The notes under the pieces: generated by a model
The model's database searches: none
Told to the model about the DNA's origin: nothing
The model's input: only the letters and a program-made list of their open reading frames with translations
Made by a program: the position numbers and the translations under genes
Virus record (IMG/VR): IMGVR_UViG_3300008111_000002
Coordinates: 62,001-126,000 of that record
DNA length: 64,000 nucleotides
Direction: 5' to 3' (one strand)
In this document: piece by piece, positions 8,568-21,200 of the stretch
Numbering within the stretch: position 1 is the first letter of the stretch
Layout of the letters: every line of letters begins with the position of its first letter

Positions 8568-10522
8568 TATATTCCCCAAATTGCTAGCCAGTTGGCTGAC
8601 GGTGTCGATCTTTGTTCGGTATTTTGAACCCAAACTCTTATTCTATCAACTCGTTCTTCATATATACATCTCATGTTATCATCACTGTTTACATCTCCAG
8701 CAAAATATATATACGCAATCGATGGTATAAAAGCAATTAACTTTGCCATGGTTTTTCCTGTTGGAGGAAATACATCAAAATAATTTGATGCATCACTAAA
8801 ATTACCAACACTGTTCGAATATCCAACAGCGGCTGTTGTTCCATAGGTAAATGTAGTATTATTTGTAGAAGATAAAAATCCACTTATTGTATTGTTTACA
8901 GCAATTTGTATTGCAGAATCTGAGTCATCTACATATTTTTTAGTTGCAGCACCATTATCTACTGTAGGAGGTCCAGCTAAAATTAATAATCCAGTCATAG
9001 TTGAACCTGATTTGGCTACATACAACGAATCAACATATAACTTTGTTGCTGCGTGATAATTATTATCAGGATCTGAATGCAGTGTAAGAAACCCGGTTAA
9101 TGCTCCGCCACTTGTGGGAAGTTTTGTATTGTCAAAAACAGTTATATTAGCGGTACCATCAAAATTAATACCATTAATAGCCCTGGCTGTTTGTAATTTT
9201 GTTGCAGTATCTGCATTACCTTTAAAGCCTTGACTGGCTGTAATTTCTCTGGCGAAAATATCACTCTGAGCATTTCTAGCAACTAAGGTATTTGGAAGGC
9301 TGTTGATTTCTCCCTTAACGTTCCATGTAGCCGATGCGGTTCCGTCATATACTGAAGTTGAATCACCATATGTAATCACATCAATGTATGATCCTGCTGT
9401 TAGTCCACCGGTGGCTCCTGAGGTTATAGTAATATTTTGAGTGCCATCAAATGAAACACCATTTATAGTTCTAGACTGTAATAATCTTGATGATGTACTA
9501 GCGTTACCGGTTACATTACCGGTTACATTACCGGTAAATGTAGCATTCGCTCCAGTTGTTCCACTATCTAAAACAACTGTTCCGTTTGATGATTTTATAT
9601 CGCCGGTCAAATCTCCTGTTAAACTACCAATAAAAGATGTTGCGGTAATTTGACCTGCACTAAAATTACCGGAAATATCACGTGCTACAATTTTACCCCC
9701 AGTATTAGCATTTGTAGCATCTACACTAAAAGTGACATCGCTAGTACCATCGAATGATGTTGCTGTTCCAATTAAGTATGTTCCGCGAGACAATGATTTT
9801 GCTAAAGCTGCTGTAACAGTAATATTTGCAGTTCCGTCAAAATCAACACCGTTAATTTTACGTGAAATTTGAAGTTTGGTTGCTGATGCTGCATTGCCGC
9901 CAATACTGGCATTAAAATTTGCTGTAGATGATAGATTAAAACCTTTTGTAAGTGAAGTAAATCCCAGAATTGCATCTAATGCATTGATAGTAAAAATATC
10001 ACTAGACAGAATTGCTAACACATCACCGTTAACTGTCATTTTAATTATTGCATGATAATTTCCCGACAGATCCCTAACTTTGGTACTTACTAATCTAGTA
10101 ACACCAAATGGTATATCAGCTGATTCGGGCCCTACTAGTTGCCAACCATTAGCGGTATATGGCGATGTTCCATCATAGAAAAATAATTGTTTGGAAGATT
10201 GTTTAACCCAAAGATCACCTCTAGCAGGTGTTGTAGGGGGATTGTCAGCCACCAGTGCCGCCGACACAGGATTCCAGTCTGTACCATCGTAGACATTTAA
10301 AATTTTTGTTGCTGTATTATAATATATCTGTCCAGTAAGAGGTGTTGGTGGCGCACTATCTGCTGCAAAGTTTTCTAATAACCAAAGAAAATTTTCGTTT
10401 TGAACTTCGCCATATCCAGCATAATTTCTACCAACTAGTTTAACACTAGTAGTAGCATTAATTCTTCCATCTTCTAAAACAGTAAGTTCGTTACCGTTCC
10501 ATTTATTAATACGATATGGCAT
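8567..10522 (-). CDS. Tail fibre protein
   Basis: 651 aa; shared N-terminal anchor, three 'KLQ.AR.INGV.FDGT.NIT' repeats, 'AATK.YVD' repeats. Confidence 0.8.
   Translation of the reverse strand: MPYRINKWNGNELTVLEDGRINATTSVKLVGRNYAGYGEVQNENFLWLLENFAADSAPPTPLTGQIYYNTATKILNVYDGTDWNPVSAALVADNPPTTPARGDLWVKQSSKQLFFYDGTSPYTANGWQLVGPESADIPFGVTRLVSTKVRDLSGNYHAIIKMTVNGDVLAILSSDIFTINALDAILGFTSLTKGFNLSSTANFNASIGGNAASATKLQISRKINGVDFDGTANITVTAALAKSLSRGTYLIGTATSFDGTSDVTFSVDATNANTGGKIVARDISGNFSAGQITATSFIGSLTGDLTGDIKSSNGTVVLDSGTTGANATFTGNVTGNVTGNASTSSRLLQSRTINGVSFDGTQNITITSGATGGLTAGSYIDVITYGDSTSVYDGTASATWNVKGEINSLPNTLVARNAQSDIFAREITASQGFKGNADTATKLQTARAINGINFDGTANITVFDNTKLPTSGGALTGFLTLHSDPDNNYHAATKLYVDSLYVAKSGSTMTGLLILAGPPTVDNGAATKKYVDDSDSAIQIAVNNTISGFLSSTNNTTFTYGTTAAVGYSNSVGNFSDASNYFDVFPPTGKTMAKLIAFIPSIAYIYFAGDVNSDDNMRCIYEERVDRIRVWVQNTEQRSTPSANWLAIWGI
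9504..9535 (-). repeat. 12-bp tandem repeat (about 2.7 copies) encoding GNVT
   Basis: TTACCGGTTACA repeated on the + strand. Confidence 0.8.
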
Positions 10523-10536
10523 TTTTTAAATTCCTT

Positions 10537-12435
10537 TTATGGCTGTATTGTCCATACAGACGATATCAATCTAAATGTTTTTACTACTCTTGTAATTACA
10601 ATATCGCTAGTTGGTAAAGTTATTGGATTCAATGTTATATCTTGTAATGCCGTACCAAATGACGTCGGACTTACCGATGTTACATATGTTTCATATGATT
10701 TAATCAACTGGCCTGTGACTGTAAGAGTTTCTGTTGTATTTGTAAAGTATGAGCATAGAACTCGTAACGTTGTATTTTCCTGATGTTCTACCGCTGGAAA
10801 TAATTGTATTAAAAATCCAGAAATTGCATTATCTGTTATTGGATTTCCCGGATTACTTGGATCAGAAATATCCATAGCAAATGCTAACGGTGCTTTAGAA
10901 ACTGCATAATCAACATAGGCTTTTGGTGCAGCATCGTTCGGTAGACTTGGACTTTCTACAGAATTGGTAAAACTATTATAAACATATTTGACATCTTTAA
11001 TTTCTGTGCTGCTAACTCTAATTGCACCTGTACCGGACGGGTTTAATATTAAATCTGTGTTGGTAAATCTAGTTGATATTTCATTATCATTAAAAAACAA
11101 ATCATCAACAGTAAAAGTATCAAATGCTCCAAAATTAGTTAATCCAGAAGCAGTCTGAACTGTTGCACCAAGCGATGCAGCATCGAGTATTTTTACACCA
11201 TTAATTCTAATAGCAGCAGTTGGACTAGTTAAGTTAATATCGCCATTAAGATTCCAAGCCTGAGAAGATAGTGCTGGTAATTGATCTGTTGGTGCTTTTG
11301 CAGTAGTAGACCAAATAATTAATTTATCAGTTGTGCCTTTTAAAATAATTCCGCCGCCGTCGGCAGTTTCATCTGTAGGAGTAACAATCTTTCCTAATTC
11401 TATTAATTTGTCTTCAACTGTAACATTTACAGTATTCAATGTAAATGTATCACCAAGTACCGTTAAATTTCCAGCAATTTGTACATTGCCCCCAAATCTA
11501 GCTTCGCTTGTTGGAACACCATTATAAAAATCAATAATGTCTTGGGAAGTTTGAACACCTATAACTGTAGGAAAGGTAATATTATCCTTGTTTACAATAA
11601 TATCAATATTTTTTCCTTGTTCACGATTAGCTATGAGAAATGTCCCAATGCCGTTTACACTTAAATTAATTTGATTTTGAGAACCAAATGTATAACCTGC
11701 ATTAGAAGAACTAGTAATTGAACCAACCATTGTGACCGCAGGAACATCTGTTCTCATGAACGACGAAATTGATTGTCCTGCTAATTTTTCTGAATTTGCT
11801 GCGGTGGTATCAAATTTTACATCAAACGCCGGATTAGTTTCAAATCCAGGAAACTTTCCAGAATTAAAACCAATATTAATATCAGTGTTTAAAGGATATC
11901 CAACAATTTGATTTACTGGTCTAAATTTAGATTTACTAAAAATTCCAAGTAACGATCCTCCTGCATATAATAAAACAACTGTCTGATCCGATCCAAGACT
12001 ATCTTTAACCGTCTCAACGACAAATCCGCTTTTTGCCTGTGGTTTACTATAGGCTGGAGATACCAATAACGGTGTTGTTCCGTCATAAAAATACAATTGT
12101 TCTTTAGATGTATTGTACCAAAAATCTCCGGCACCTAGGCCAACTGGCTGAACTGAAGTTAATGCAGCCGAACCAACAGACTTAAACTCGTTACCTGTAT
12201 AAACCTTAATTCGTTGTTCGGCAGTGTCGTACCACAACTGTCCTCTTATAGATCTTAGAGGTGCGCTGTTATTTGCAAAATTTTCTAATAATTTTACAAA
12301 ATTTTCGTTTAAAAATTCTCCAAAACCGCTGTAATTTTTTCCAATAAGAGTTAGCGACGAACTTAATTGATCTACCTGTCCGTCGGGTACAGTTGCTAGT
12401 ATATTAGTATCGGTTTTGTTAACAATATATGCCAT
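10537..12435 (-). CDS. Tail fibre protein
   Basis: 632 aa; shared N-terminal anchor; 'VEDKLIEL...ADGGGI' fibre segment. Confidence 0.75.
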   Translation of the reverse strand: MAYIVNKTDTNILATVPDGQVDQLSSSLTLIGKNYSGFGEFLNENFVKLLENFANNSAPLRSIRGQLWYDTAEQRIKVYTGNEFKSVGSAALTSVQPVGLGAGDFWYNTSKEQLYFYDGTTPLLVSPAYSKPQAKSGFVVETVKDSLGSDQTVVLLYAGGSLLGIFSKSKFRPVNQIVGYPLNTDINIGFNSGKFPGFETNPAFDVKFDTTAANSEKLAGQSISSFMRTDVPAVTMVGSITSSSNAGYTFGSQNQINLSVNGIGTFLIANREQGKNIDIIVNKDNITFPTVIGVQTSQDIIDFYNGVPTSEARFGGNVQIAGNLTVLGDTFTLNTVNVTVEDKLIELGKIVTPTDETADGGGIILKGTTDKLIIWSTTAKAPTDQLPALSSQAWNLNGDINLTSPTAAIRINGVKILDAASLGATVQTASGLTNFGAFDTFTVDDLFFNDNEISTRFTNTDLILNPSGTGAIRVSSTEIKDVKYVYNSFTNSVESPSLPNDAAPKAYVDYAVSKAPLAFAMDISDPSNPGNPITDNAISGFLIQLFPAVEHQENTTLRVLCSYFTNTTETLTVTGQLIKSYETYVTSVSPTSFGTALQDITLNPITLPTSDIVITRVVKTFRLISSVWTIQP

Positions 12436-12448
12436 CTTTTATATCCTA

Positions 12449-14590
12449 TTAAGAATTGATTGGATCAAAGAAATCTCTACCGTATCTAATAATATAATTA
12501 ATAGTTTGATATGGATTCATAATCGAGAACGGTTGACTTAAGGTTGCAGACGATTGATCTTTAATTTTACCAGAACTTGGTAAACTTGCTAACTGACCGG
12601 CAACTGGTAAACCTCCAGGTCTTGAACTAGATCCAACATCAGTTGGACTAGCATTAGTTGCATTTACAGCATAATATTGATCCCCCGGTGTAACACCGTC
12701 CGCCCTCGTTCCTTGCATATTATGCTCATGCTGAGGTAAATTGGTAATTGCTAAAGTATATGATTGTGAACCGGATGTTCCCCCAACAGTTGCAGCAGCA
12801 GCACCTGTTACCACGTTAGCAGTACCTCCGCCGGCCGATTGACTGTTCGAAGATATCTGTAAACCATTTGCCATATTATCAGCACCTAACGGAAATCTAC
12901 CTCTAAAATCAGGTAATTTAAAATACAAATTAAAGTCTGATCCGGATCTCCAAGTATATCCAATAGGGACATAATTGTTAGCAATAATATCAAATAAATC
13001 AGCATATCTATTTTTTAAAATTTCGCTGCCATCACATAGAAGATATCCTGCAGGAACCGTTGTGCCGGCAAACGGCAAAATTGTTCCTACCGGTACTGCA
13101 AGTTCTCCTACAAAATTATCTCTAGTAATTCTTCCTAATTTATTAGATGCTGATGATCTTGGAAGATATATTAAAATATTTGTATCATATGTAGAACGTG
13201 TAATTAAATCCTGACTTTGAATTAGATCAACAGATAACACTGTATCAAATTCTTTAACTGTTGAGGTTCCTGATCCGTCAAATGAAACATCATTTCTTAA
13301 AGTTACTGCACCTTTAAATCTAAAAGTTGTTGGATTTTTAAGTGCATTAGCGGTGTCGGCATTTCCATTTATGTTACCAGTAAACGATCCATTAAATTCT
13401 TGAGCAGTAATTGTTTTGGCATAAATCTCTTTATATCTATTTGTTATAGATCCACCAATTGAATAAGTATCCGTTGCTGGAGGAACAATATTTCTTGTGG
13501 TCATTATTCCTTGGGAATCTATATTTCCTCCCACAACTAGTTTTTTCTTAATAGATGCACCGCCCGTAACCTGTAATGCTCCGCTGTTAACATTAACCGC
13601 ATCAGATTCAGATTTTATATAAAATGTTCCTGTTAATAATGCATTACCTGTTACATCTAACGATTCTTGAGGATCTAAAGAATTAATACCAACTCTATCG
13701 TTTTTAACTCTTAGTACAGTAGAAGGAAGATCCAATTTTGAAGTTTGAATATCAACAACAGCACCGGGTAACGAATTATAAATTTTTGCACCATTTGTGC
13801 CGTTTAAAATGTTTAATGTACTATCAGCGCCAACAGTAATACCTAAATTATTTCTAACATTGAACTGAAAATCAGTTGTATTAATTGTGTCCGATCTTAA
13901 AAATTTAGAAGATGCTACATTAGCATCGTTAATTCTTAAATTTTCAGCCGATGATGCTATTCCTAATAGTCTAGTCGGAAATCCTGTTAAAAAAGTTTCT
14001 GTAGTAATATTAATACCCGGTTTAATTCCATCTACAGTAAATCCAAAAATATCCGATTTAGGAAAGAATCTGTCTTTGCTAATAATAACCAATGGGCTGT
14101 CATCTACATAAAATGTAACTACAGTTTTTTCTGTGTTATCTTGATCAATGATAGTTTCAACAATTGGACCAGTTCGTTTTCCATCAATAGTACTAATATA
14201 CGGACCAACCAATATCCACTTACTTCCAGAAAAAATAGATAATTGTTGTTTACTAGTATTAACCCATAAATCGCCTTTTCTACTTGCACCAACCGCAGGT
14301 TCTGCAACACTAGTTTGTATATTAGAAGCTGCTTTCCAATCAACACTGTCCCATATTTTTAATTGTTCATTTGTAGTATCGTACCATAGTTGACCTTCAA
14401 CAGGATTTACAGGTCTACCAGGACCTGCAAAATTTTCTAAAAGTCTAACAAAATTTTCTGCAATAATTTGGCCGTATCCCGTCACATTACGACCTGGTAA
14501 TGTAAGACTAGTGTCAGTATTTGACGTATTGTCATATACTGTAATAGGTACTTTTTGATCTTTTTCAGTAAACGTTACAATATATGGCAT
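12449..14590 (-). CDS. Tail fibre protein with tail collar domain
   Basis: 713 aa; shared anchor; collar motif 'VPVGTILPFAG...PAGYLLCDGS...F.LPDFRGRFPLG'; C-terminal 'NPYQTINYII'. Confidence 0.85.
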   Translation of the reverse strand: MPYIVTFTEKDQKVPITVYDNTSNTDTSLTLPGRNVTGYGQIIAENFVRLLENFAGPGRPVNPVEGQLWYDTTNEQLKIWDSVDWKAASNIQTSVAEPAVGASRKGDLWVNTSKQQLSIFSGSKWILVGPYISTIDGKRTGPIVETIIDQDNTEKTVVTFYVDDSPLVIISKDRFFPKSDIFGFTVDGIKPGINITTETFLTGFPTRLLGIASSAENLRINDANVASSKFLRSDTINTTDFQFNVRNNLGITVGADSTLNILNGTNGAKIYNSLPGAVVDIQTSKLDLPSTVLRVKNDRVGINSLDPQESLDVTGNALLTGTFYIKSESDAVNVNSGALQVTGGASIKKKLVVGGNIDSQGIMTTRNIVPPATDTYSIGGSITNRYKEIYAKTITAQEFNGSFTGNINGNADTANALKNPTTFRFKGAVTLRNDVSFDGSGTSTVKEFDTVLSVDLIQSQDLITRSTYDTNILIYLPRSSASNKLGRITRDNFVGELAVPVGTILPFAGTTVPAGYLLCDGSEILKNRYADLFDIIANNYVPIGYTWRSGSDFNLYFKLPDFRGRFPLGADNMANGLQISSNSQSAGGGTANVVTGAAAATVGGTSGSQSYTLAITNLPQHEHNMQGTRADGVTPGDQYYAVNATNASPTDVGSSSRPGGLPVAGQLASLPSSGKIKDQSSATLSQPFSIMNPYQTINYIIRYGRDFFDPINS

Positions 14591-14592
14591 CT

Positions 14593-15243
14593 TTAAACCT
14601 CATTAAAACCAGTTAAACTCTGGATACGAACTGTGTAATCTATTTGCATTAATCTATTCAATGATTTTTGTACAGGATGAAAAACTACATGAGTTAATAA
14701 TTTTCCGTTGCCCGAAGGATCGTATCCTTTTAATCCAAGCTCGTCAAAAATAAAATTTCCATCCATTGTTTGGCTGTTATCAAATGCCTCTTGACCTGCA
14801 GGTTCTCCGTAATCTAAAAAACATGTAATTACAATATCTGAGTATGTTGCACCGCTAATATGACGAATTTCCATTTTATTTCTAATAGGATCTAAATTTT
14901 CTTTAGCTGTTTGATCAATTACTTTAGCGTATGTTTGATTATACAGACTTGAGTTAGTACCGGTCGTGTTCGGAGTTAGATACGTAATTAAACCAGTGGG
15001 GTCAACTGTTGTGCCCCCTGTACCAAAAACCATTTGATAAACTGTTCCTTTGCCTTGAGAGGATAAACTTTGGGCTAAAGCAACACTCATATTTTCATAA
15101 TGAATTGCATTTCTTTTGTCTCGAAAAACTTCTCCAGTTTTTGGATCCCAAATTTTAATATGTCCCTCGATGTAAAAACCCATGGTTTCGTTTGGTTTTG
15201 TCATAGTTGTTTTATCTTTATCTGTTAACATGATATTTCTCAT
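14593..15243 (-). CDS. Baseplate/tail structural protein
   Basis: 216 aa between the wedge and fibre genes; 'FDELGL' and 'IDYTVRI' segments like fibre-linker proteins. Confidence 0.55.
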   Translation of the reverse strand: MRNIMLTDKDKTTMTKPNETMGFYIEGHIKIWDPKTGEVFRDKRNAIHYENMSVALAQSLSSQGKGTVYQMVFGTGGTTVDPTGLITYLTPNTTGTNSSLYNQTYAKVIDQTAKENLDPIRNKMEIRHISGATYSDIVITCFLDYGEPAGQEAFDNSQTMDGNFIFDELGLKGYDPSGNGKLLTHVVFHPVQKSLNRLMQIDYTVRIQSLTGFNEV

Positions 15244-15247
15244 TTTG

Positions 15248-15254
15248 TATTTAT
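15248..15254 (-). promoter_or_regulatory. T4-type late promoter ATAAATA
   Basis: Motif just upstream of the 15243 start. Confidence 0.55.
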
Positions 15255-15259
15255 TTCTT

Positions 15260-18200
15260 CTATTTTGTACTCTTATTTCTTAAAAACTGTGCTACAACAG
15301 AATCATTGTTAATTAAAGTAATTCCGCTGGCCGCTGTTGATAATCCAGTATCGTAGAAAATATTACCGGTTTTACTAATAATTACAATTCTGCTACCTGC
15401 AGATATTGCAGTTGTTAGTCTGATATATGGAGTAGTGCCGTCTACTGAAAATTCTGCCTCAACATCGATATCAGCCAATGGGCTTGCTAGTCCATTAGTT
15501 TCTTGATAACGTTTATAAGGATTTTTTCTAAGTCGTTTTCCGTTAACAAATACTTCATATTGATCGTTCGGTCCGTGAGTTGCAGGTATTGTAGATCTGT
15601 ACCATACTGTATTTCTTGTAGACTTAATAGGAGTAGTCAGTAAAGGACCAATCAATAACGAGGTTCCGTCACTGATAAATTCTTCTTTATTTTGATATTC
15701 TCTATAAGGAAGAGATTCTCCAATTCCCACATCAACTACATCAGAATTAATATTGTGTTTTTCCGGAATCGATGTTCCCAAAATTCCTCTAGTTAACTGA
15801 GATAAAATGTTGCCATTTTTTTGATAATAATTAATTCTTTCACTGTTAATTGTAACAGTTCCGGGAATTTTATTAATTATATCTGGAACAAAGAGATAAT
15901 CACCGTTATCAACGGTAATTTGTGTATCATAATAATTTAATTCTTGTGTTAGTTTTACTTGCCCTATTATATATCTCTTATAATGAGTTAAATTTAACAT
16001 GTCTTTAAAAATCTCATATGCAAAGACTGGATTGTAATTTTCTTGTCCAAAAATAACCAACGTTATGTCATCTGTTGATAACGCTAAATTGGTTAATTTT
16101 ACAAAGTTATCTGTTAAATTAACTTCGTATTCAACTTCAGGAGCTAATCTAAAACCATTTTTATAAACCCACACTGTTGAAATATCAGTTACTTTTCTTC
16201 TTAATTTCATTACTCCGTAATTTCCAGGAAATCTGTCTTTTATTAAAGACATTGTTGGATATTCGCTAAACCAAATAACTTTAATAAGATCACCCGGGTT
16301 CAGAGACAATACTGGTAATAATCTAATTTCATTGTTTTCAATTTTATAAGAATTGTTTTGCGCAATTTCAATTCTGATTTCGTCTCCAATTATCAATGAT
16401 TTAGTAATTGTTAAAAGATTAGTCGATCCTTCTAAAATCCAATCTGAAATAAATTCAGTTTTTATTTCATTAATATATACAGATATATTTCTTACATCAA
16501 TACTGCCTGGACCAAAATACGGATCTTGTCCAATGATATTTGAATTGTTAGAACCATTATAAACAATAACTTGTGTATCGCCAGATGGTATTAATCTATT
16601 GTTAACTTCAACTAACATATTTCCAGCTGCCGAGCTTCTTTCTAAATTAACAAATTTGTCTAGGTCATAGAGTCTGGTGCTACCATCATGTATAATTATT
16701 TGTTCATTGATTCTAATTGCACTCTGACCGGAACTGTCTGCTTCTATAGATGTCCCAAGAACTAAAATTTTAACAACTTGATTAAAACTAGGCGGAACTG
16801 AGAATTCAATTACTGTTTCATCTTTATCGTTTAATAACCCTTTTGATGTTACAAACGATACAGGAACCTCTAATCCATTTACTGTAACTATTATATAAGA
16901 TGTTTCTACATATTGAGCTTTTGTTAAAAAATATCTTGTTGCACCATCTCCTACAAATTCAGAAAAATCAAGAATAGCATACCCGCCTGGCCCAATTGAA
17001 ACTATTTCAACAATTTTACCAGCAGGAGGAGTTACAAAAAATTCTATTTCACTATTTTTAAAATCTAAGTAATAATCATAAGAAATATTATAAAGATCTA
17101 AGCTCTGACCCTGTTTAACTTTATCAAGATACACAGAAACAGATTTTGATTCTAAAATTTTATTTGTAAATTTAAATCTTTTTGCAATTCCATCAGTAAA
17201 ATAAACATTACTCTTAACTTGTGCAGCTCCGACATATGTTCTATGAAAAGTTTTAATCGATACTGTATCTAATACCTGTCCTGGTACATTTTCCTCCGGA
17301 GAAGGAACTTGATCTGGGGAAATAAATTTATCCCCAGATACAACTATTTCTTCTGCGGTTAAACCGTTAGCAGTAGAATATATATTGTTGGTATTAAGTA
17401 ACGAACCACCACTTAAAAGAGTGTCTTGAACATTTGTATCAGTAATATTGACCGAACCGTCACTTGTGCTTGGACGGAAGATTAATATATCCCCGGCTTG
17501 TGTTGCTAATAATATAGGCAAGTCAATATCTTTAATCACTCCATTACCAATAAATGTATTCATTAATACCCCGGCAGGTGCTGATCTTTTACCATTTGGT
17601 TGAACTGTTGAACCATCATATACGTTATAGTAAGGATCATCGATGCGAGTAAATCTTCCAGTTTTATCTGGCAAGGTAGAAAAATCACCTCGTTTGATAT
17701 AAACATTAATTGCTTGCCCAATTGACGGAGTGTACGGTAACTGAATACTAGTAGTACTACCATCGGCTATAACATAGTAATCCGAGTTTGGTGTAACACT
17801 ATCCCAACTATCGCTAAACCAAGGCAATGCATCCCAACCTCCGGTTGAATTGAAAGAACTTCCCTGAATAATTACACCGCCAAAGTCAATGCCGGTCATT
17901 AACTGAGATGCATCTTTTCCAGTCATTCCATCTAACGGATTATAATATTTTTTAATCCTATCTACACTATCTAAAATTTCATCGTTCTTTGAATATATGA
18001 TTCTAATTACAGTCCCTGTAGCCGGAACTAATAAAAATTTAATTCTTCCTTGAATGAAAGTAAACCCATCAATCATTTGTTCAAATAAAGATAATTCATA
18101 CTCATTTGACAAAATCAATCCGTTGTTTAGATAAACAGTTATCTTTGATCTATCTCTTGATGGAGGATATTTTAAATTAAAAACAGAAGTAACTCCGCTG

Positions 18201-21200
18201 GCTACAATTGTTTCGTCTTGTACAAAAGAAGAATAAGTTCCATTTTTTGATATTCTATCAAATTTCATAGTAATATCAAAAGATCTAATTGTTCCTTTTC
18301 CAATTATAGCACTAGCTTTGGCTTGAGTTCCGGTATCAGAAAATCCGCCAACTAATGTAACTGTAGGTGCAGATGTATATCCTATACCCTCTTTAGTAAT
18401 AACAACTCCGGTTACACTACCGTTAGAAACATATGCCAATGCTTCGGCACCGCTGCCACCGCCGCCGTTAATTACAACAGTAGGAGGATTAATGTATCCA
18501 GAACCAGAATCATATACCGTTATCTCAATAACTTTGTAGGTATTATTATCTTTCCAAAGTTTCCAAGGATATGTGTTTAAAATTTCATTATTTGTTTTTA
18601 CTGGGATTAATTTACCTTCTGTATCTTCGTAATAAGGAGGAAGGTCAAAATCAGTCAGTAATGATTGTGTATTTTCTAAAGAATTATATGTACTAGTAAA
18701 TTCTCTAATTTTTGTTCTATAAGGTTTAACTTCTTTTAGATACTGTTCATAACTTTCAAGATTGTCATTCTTATAATGAGACTTTTGTTCAAGATCCCCA
18801 ATAGTATGTATTGCATTTAAAAAGCTTGTTTTAAAGGCCCAATCAACATATAATTGTTCAGAAAAAATAAAATGAATACTATTAAAAAATAGTTTATTCC
18901 AATAAAATTTAAATTCATCAATTAATATATTTTCTTTAATTGCTTTAATAATATTTCTTGTTTCGCTAACTGGCTGATTATCGTATGATATTAAATCATA
19001 TGTTCCAACATTATCGTATCCTACTTGATTTTGTGCATCATCGTAGATTAAAGAAGAAATTTCAATAGTTCCTCGGTATCTTCCAACTAATTCGTATTTT
19101 TCATTTATAGTAGTAGCAGAAAGATTTATTAATTTTAAAACAGCCCATCCGCCACTTCCATATTCGGAAACTTTTATTAAATCATTAACTTTTAAATCTA
19201 TTAATTTAGCTAATTGTGGTTCGTAATAAGTTCCTGGAATTTCGTCAATAATTTTATTTGAAGAATTATAACCTTGAGCCCACCAGTCAATATAAGACCA
19301 ATACTTTGTAGTATCAAAGTCTTGAGTTAAGGATCTGTAGAATGTTTTGTTTCTTTCATTAAATTGATAAATTGCCCAGTAATTTCTGTAGGTCTCGTCT
19401 GTTTTAACTAACACAGAAAAACCTCTTACATTTAAAATTACATTGTCATATTTTTTGCCTGGATTATTAATAACGTAACCTGTTACTTTACCAGAATTAT
19501 CAATTGTTAATGTAACTCTAGCACCAGATCCTGTCCCAACTATTGATACAGGGGGAGCTACTCTGTAACCAAATCCAGAATCAACAATATCAATCGATTC
19601 AATTTGTCCATCAATTAAATTAGCTCTTAATAATGCTGGTCTAACTCTTGCAGCATTAATTGTGATTAACTCTGCATATGTTTCGACAGAGACATCATAT
19701 AATTTTAATGTTTCGGTTGGAACTTCATCTATTGCATTTAAATTTGTAAAATCTAATGTTTCAGCAAATGGTTTTTCTCTTAATACTGCATTTACATCAT
19801 CAACAAAAATTTTAAGAGCAGTTGATTTGTTAACAAACATACTCTGTCTTGGTCTAAATAAAATTCCATATTTTTGTTTAGGGGCTAGATTTGGATCGGG
19901 AACTTTGTTACCAGCCTGATCATAGCCAATTAAACTATCAATCCATTTTTGTTCTAATTGTAAAGTAGGTACACTATCGCCCTGTCCCTCCGTTAACAGT
20001 TCATATTCATGATGTATTAAATTAATATTTTTATTAGAGTTATTGAATTTAATATTCAATACGGCACTTGTACTAGGAAGATATTTTTCAAAATTATATG
20101 CCAATAATCTATCTTGAGATATAAACCCAACAAAAGGAATTCCAGAACTAATTGGACTTGTAATATACAAGGCAACTTCTGCTGCTGATATTTTTCTATT
20201 ACTGCTATCCGGAACAACTACAGAATTTTTTACCCAGTAATAATAATAACTAGTGAGTACTGTTCCTGTTTTTTCATCATATACTTCTTTAATATTATAA
20301 ACAGTATCGTTGGCATATAACGGTTGTCCAGAAATGTTTAATGCCAAACCTTCAGTAGTATCGGCAATTAACGACCATTGAGACGGTAAAATTTTTGTTT
20401 CTACCCACTCGTACACATCCACTGACGACGAATCTGCTAATTCATTCCAATGACCAATTTTATAGGATAACTCTCCCTGTTCGTAGTTAGTCCATTTAAC
20501 TGTTTTAAAATTAACCCAAATCTTTCCTACATTAGTTTCATACCAAGTTCTTGAAGAATCAACAATAACCGAATCATTTCCTTTAGAATAAATTGCAGGA
20601 TCGTAGGGATTTTTAAAAGAAATTTCTTGTTCTACAATTCCTAAAAACTTATATTTGTAATGATCAACAATATCAACATCTGTAATTTTTTTATTATTTT
20701 CAACGTCGTATAACGCAAGACTCTTAATTAAATCTATTCTTGTCTGCGGTTCCTGTTGACCGATTGTTGACCAAGTTTTAGCTGTGGCAGAACGTTTAAA
20801 TTTTCTAACTTGACCAATAACTCCCTGAGCTGTTTTAAGTGTTGGAGAACCAACAACTATTACATTGTCATTAAGATCTAATGAGAACCCAAAACTTTCA
20901 TTAGGTATTAAATTTGGCGGATCTAATTCTTCGGCAAGGTAGTACTCTGTATCTTGTTTTTCATATACATAAACTCGACCGGTGTTTCCTCGTTTATCAA
21001 AAAATGTAGTGGTATTCTGATCAAATCTAGTTTTACTTAAATCGTACTTAATATTAAATTTTGTAATTGAATTTTGACCTGAAACTACTAATGAATTAGC
21101 ATCATTAGAAATTTTTACCTGTGTACCGTATAACTCAAAGTTTGATGCATCGGATCCACTAATTTTATTTGTTATAACGTATTTTTCATTTGTTCGAGAA

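Noticed and set aside
8568-8633. N-terminal extension of the 8217-8633 ORF given in the track
   Set aside because: It overlaps the fibre gene's 3' end; the ATG at 8567 forms a TAATG overlap and is the more plausible start.
6332-14590. Diversity-generating retroelement or invertible fibre cassette
   Set aside because: No reverse transcriptase or invertase, and no template/variable repeat pair or inverted repeats were seen; similarity among fibres is at protein level at the N-termini.
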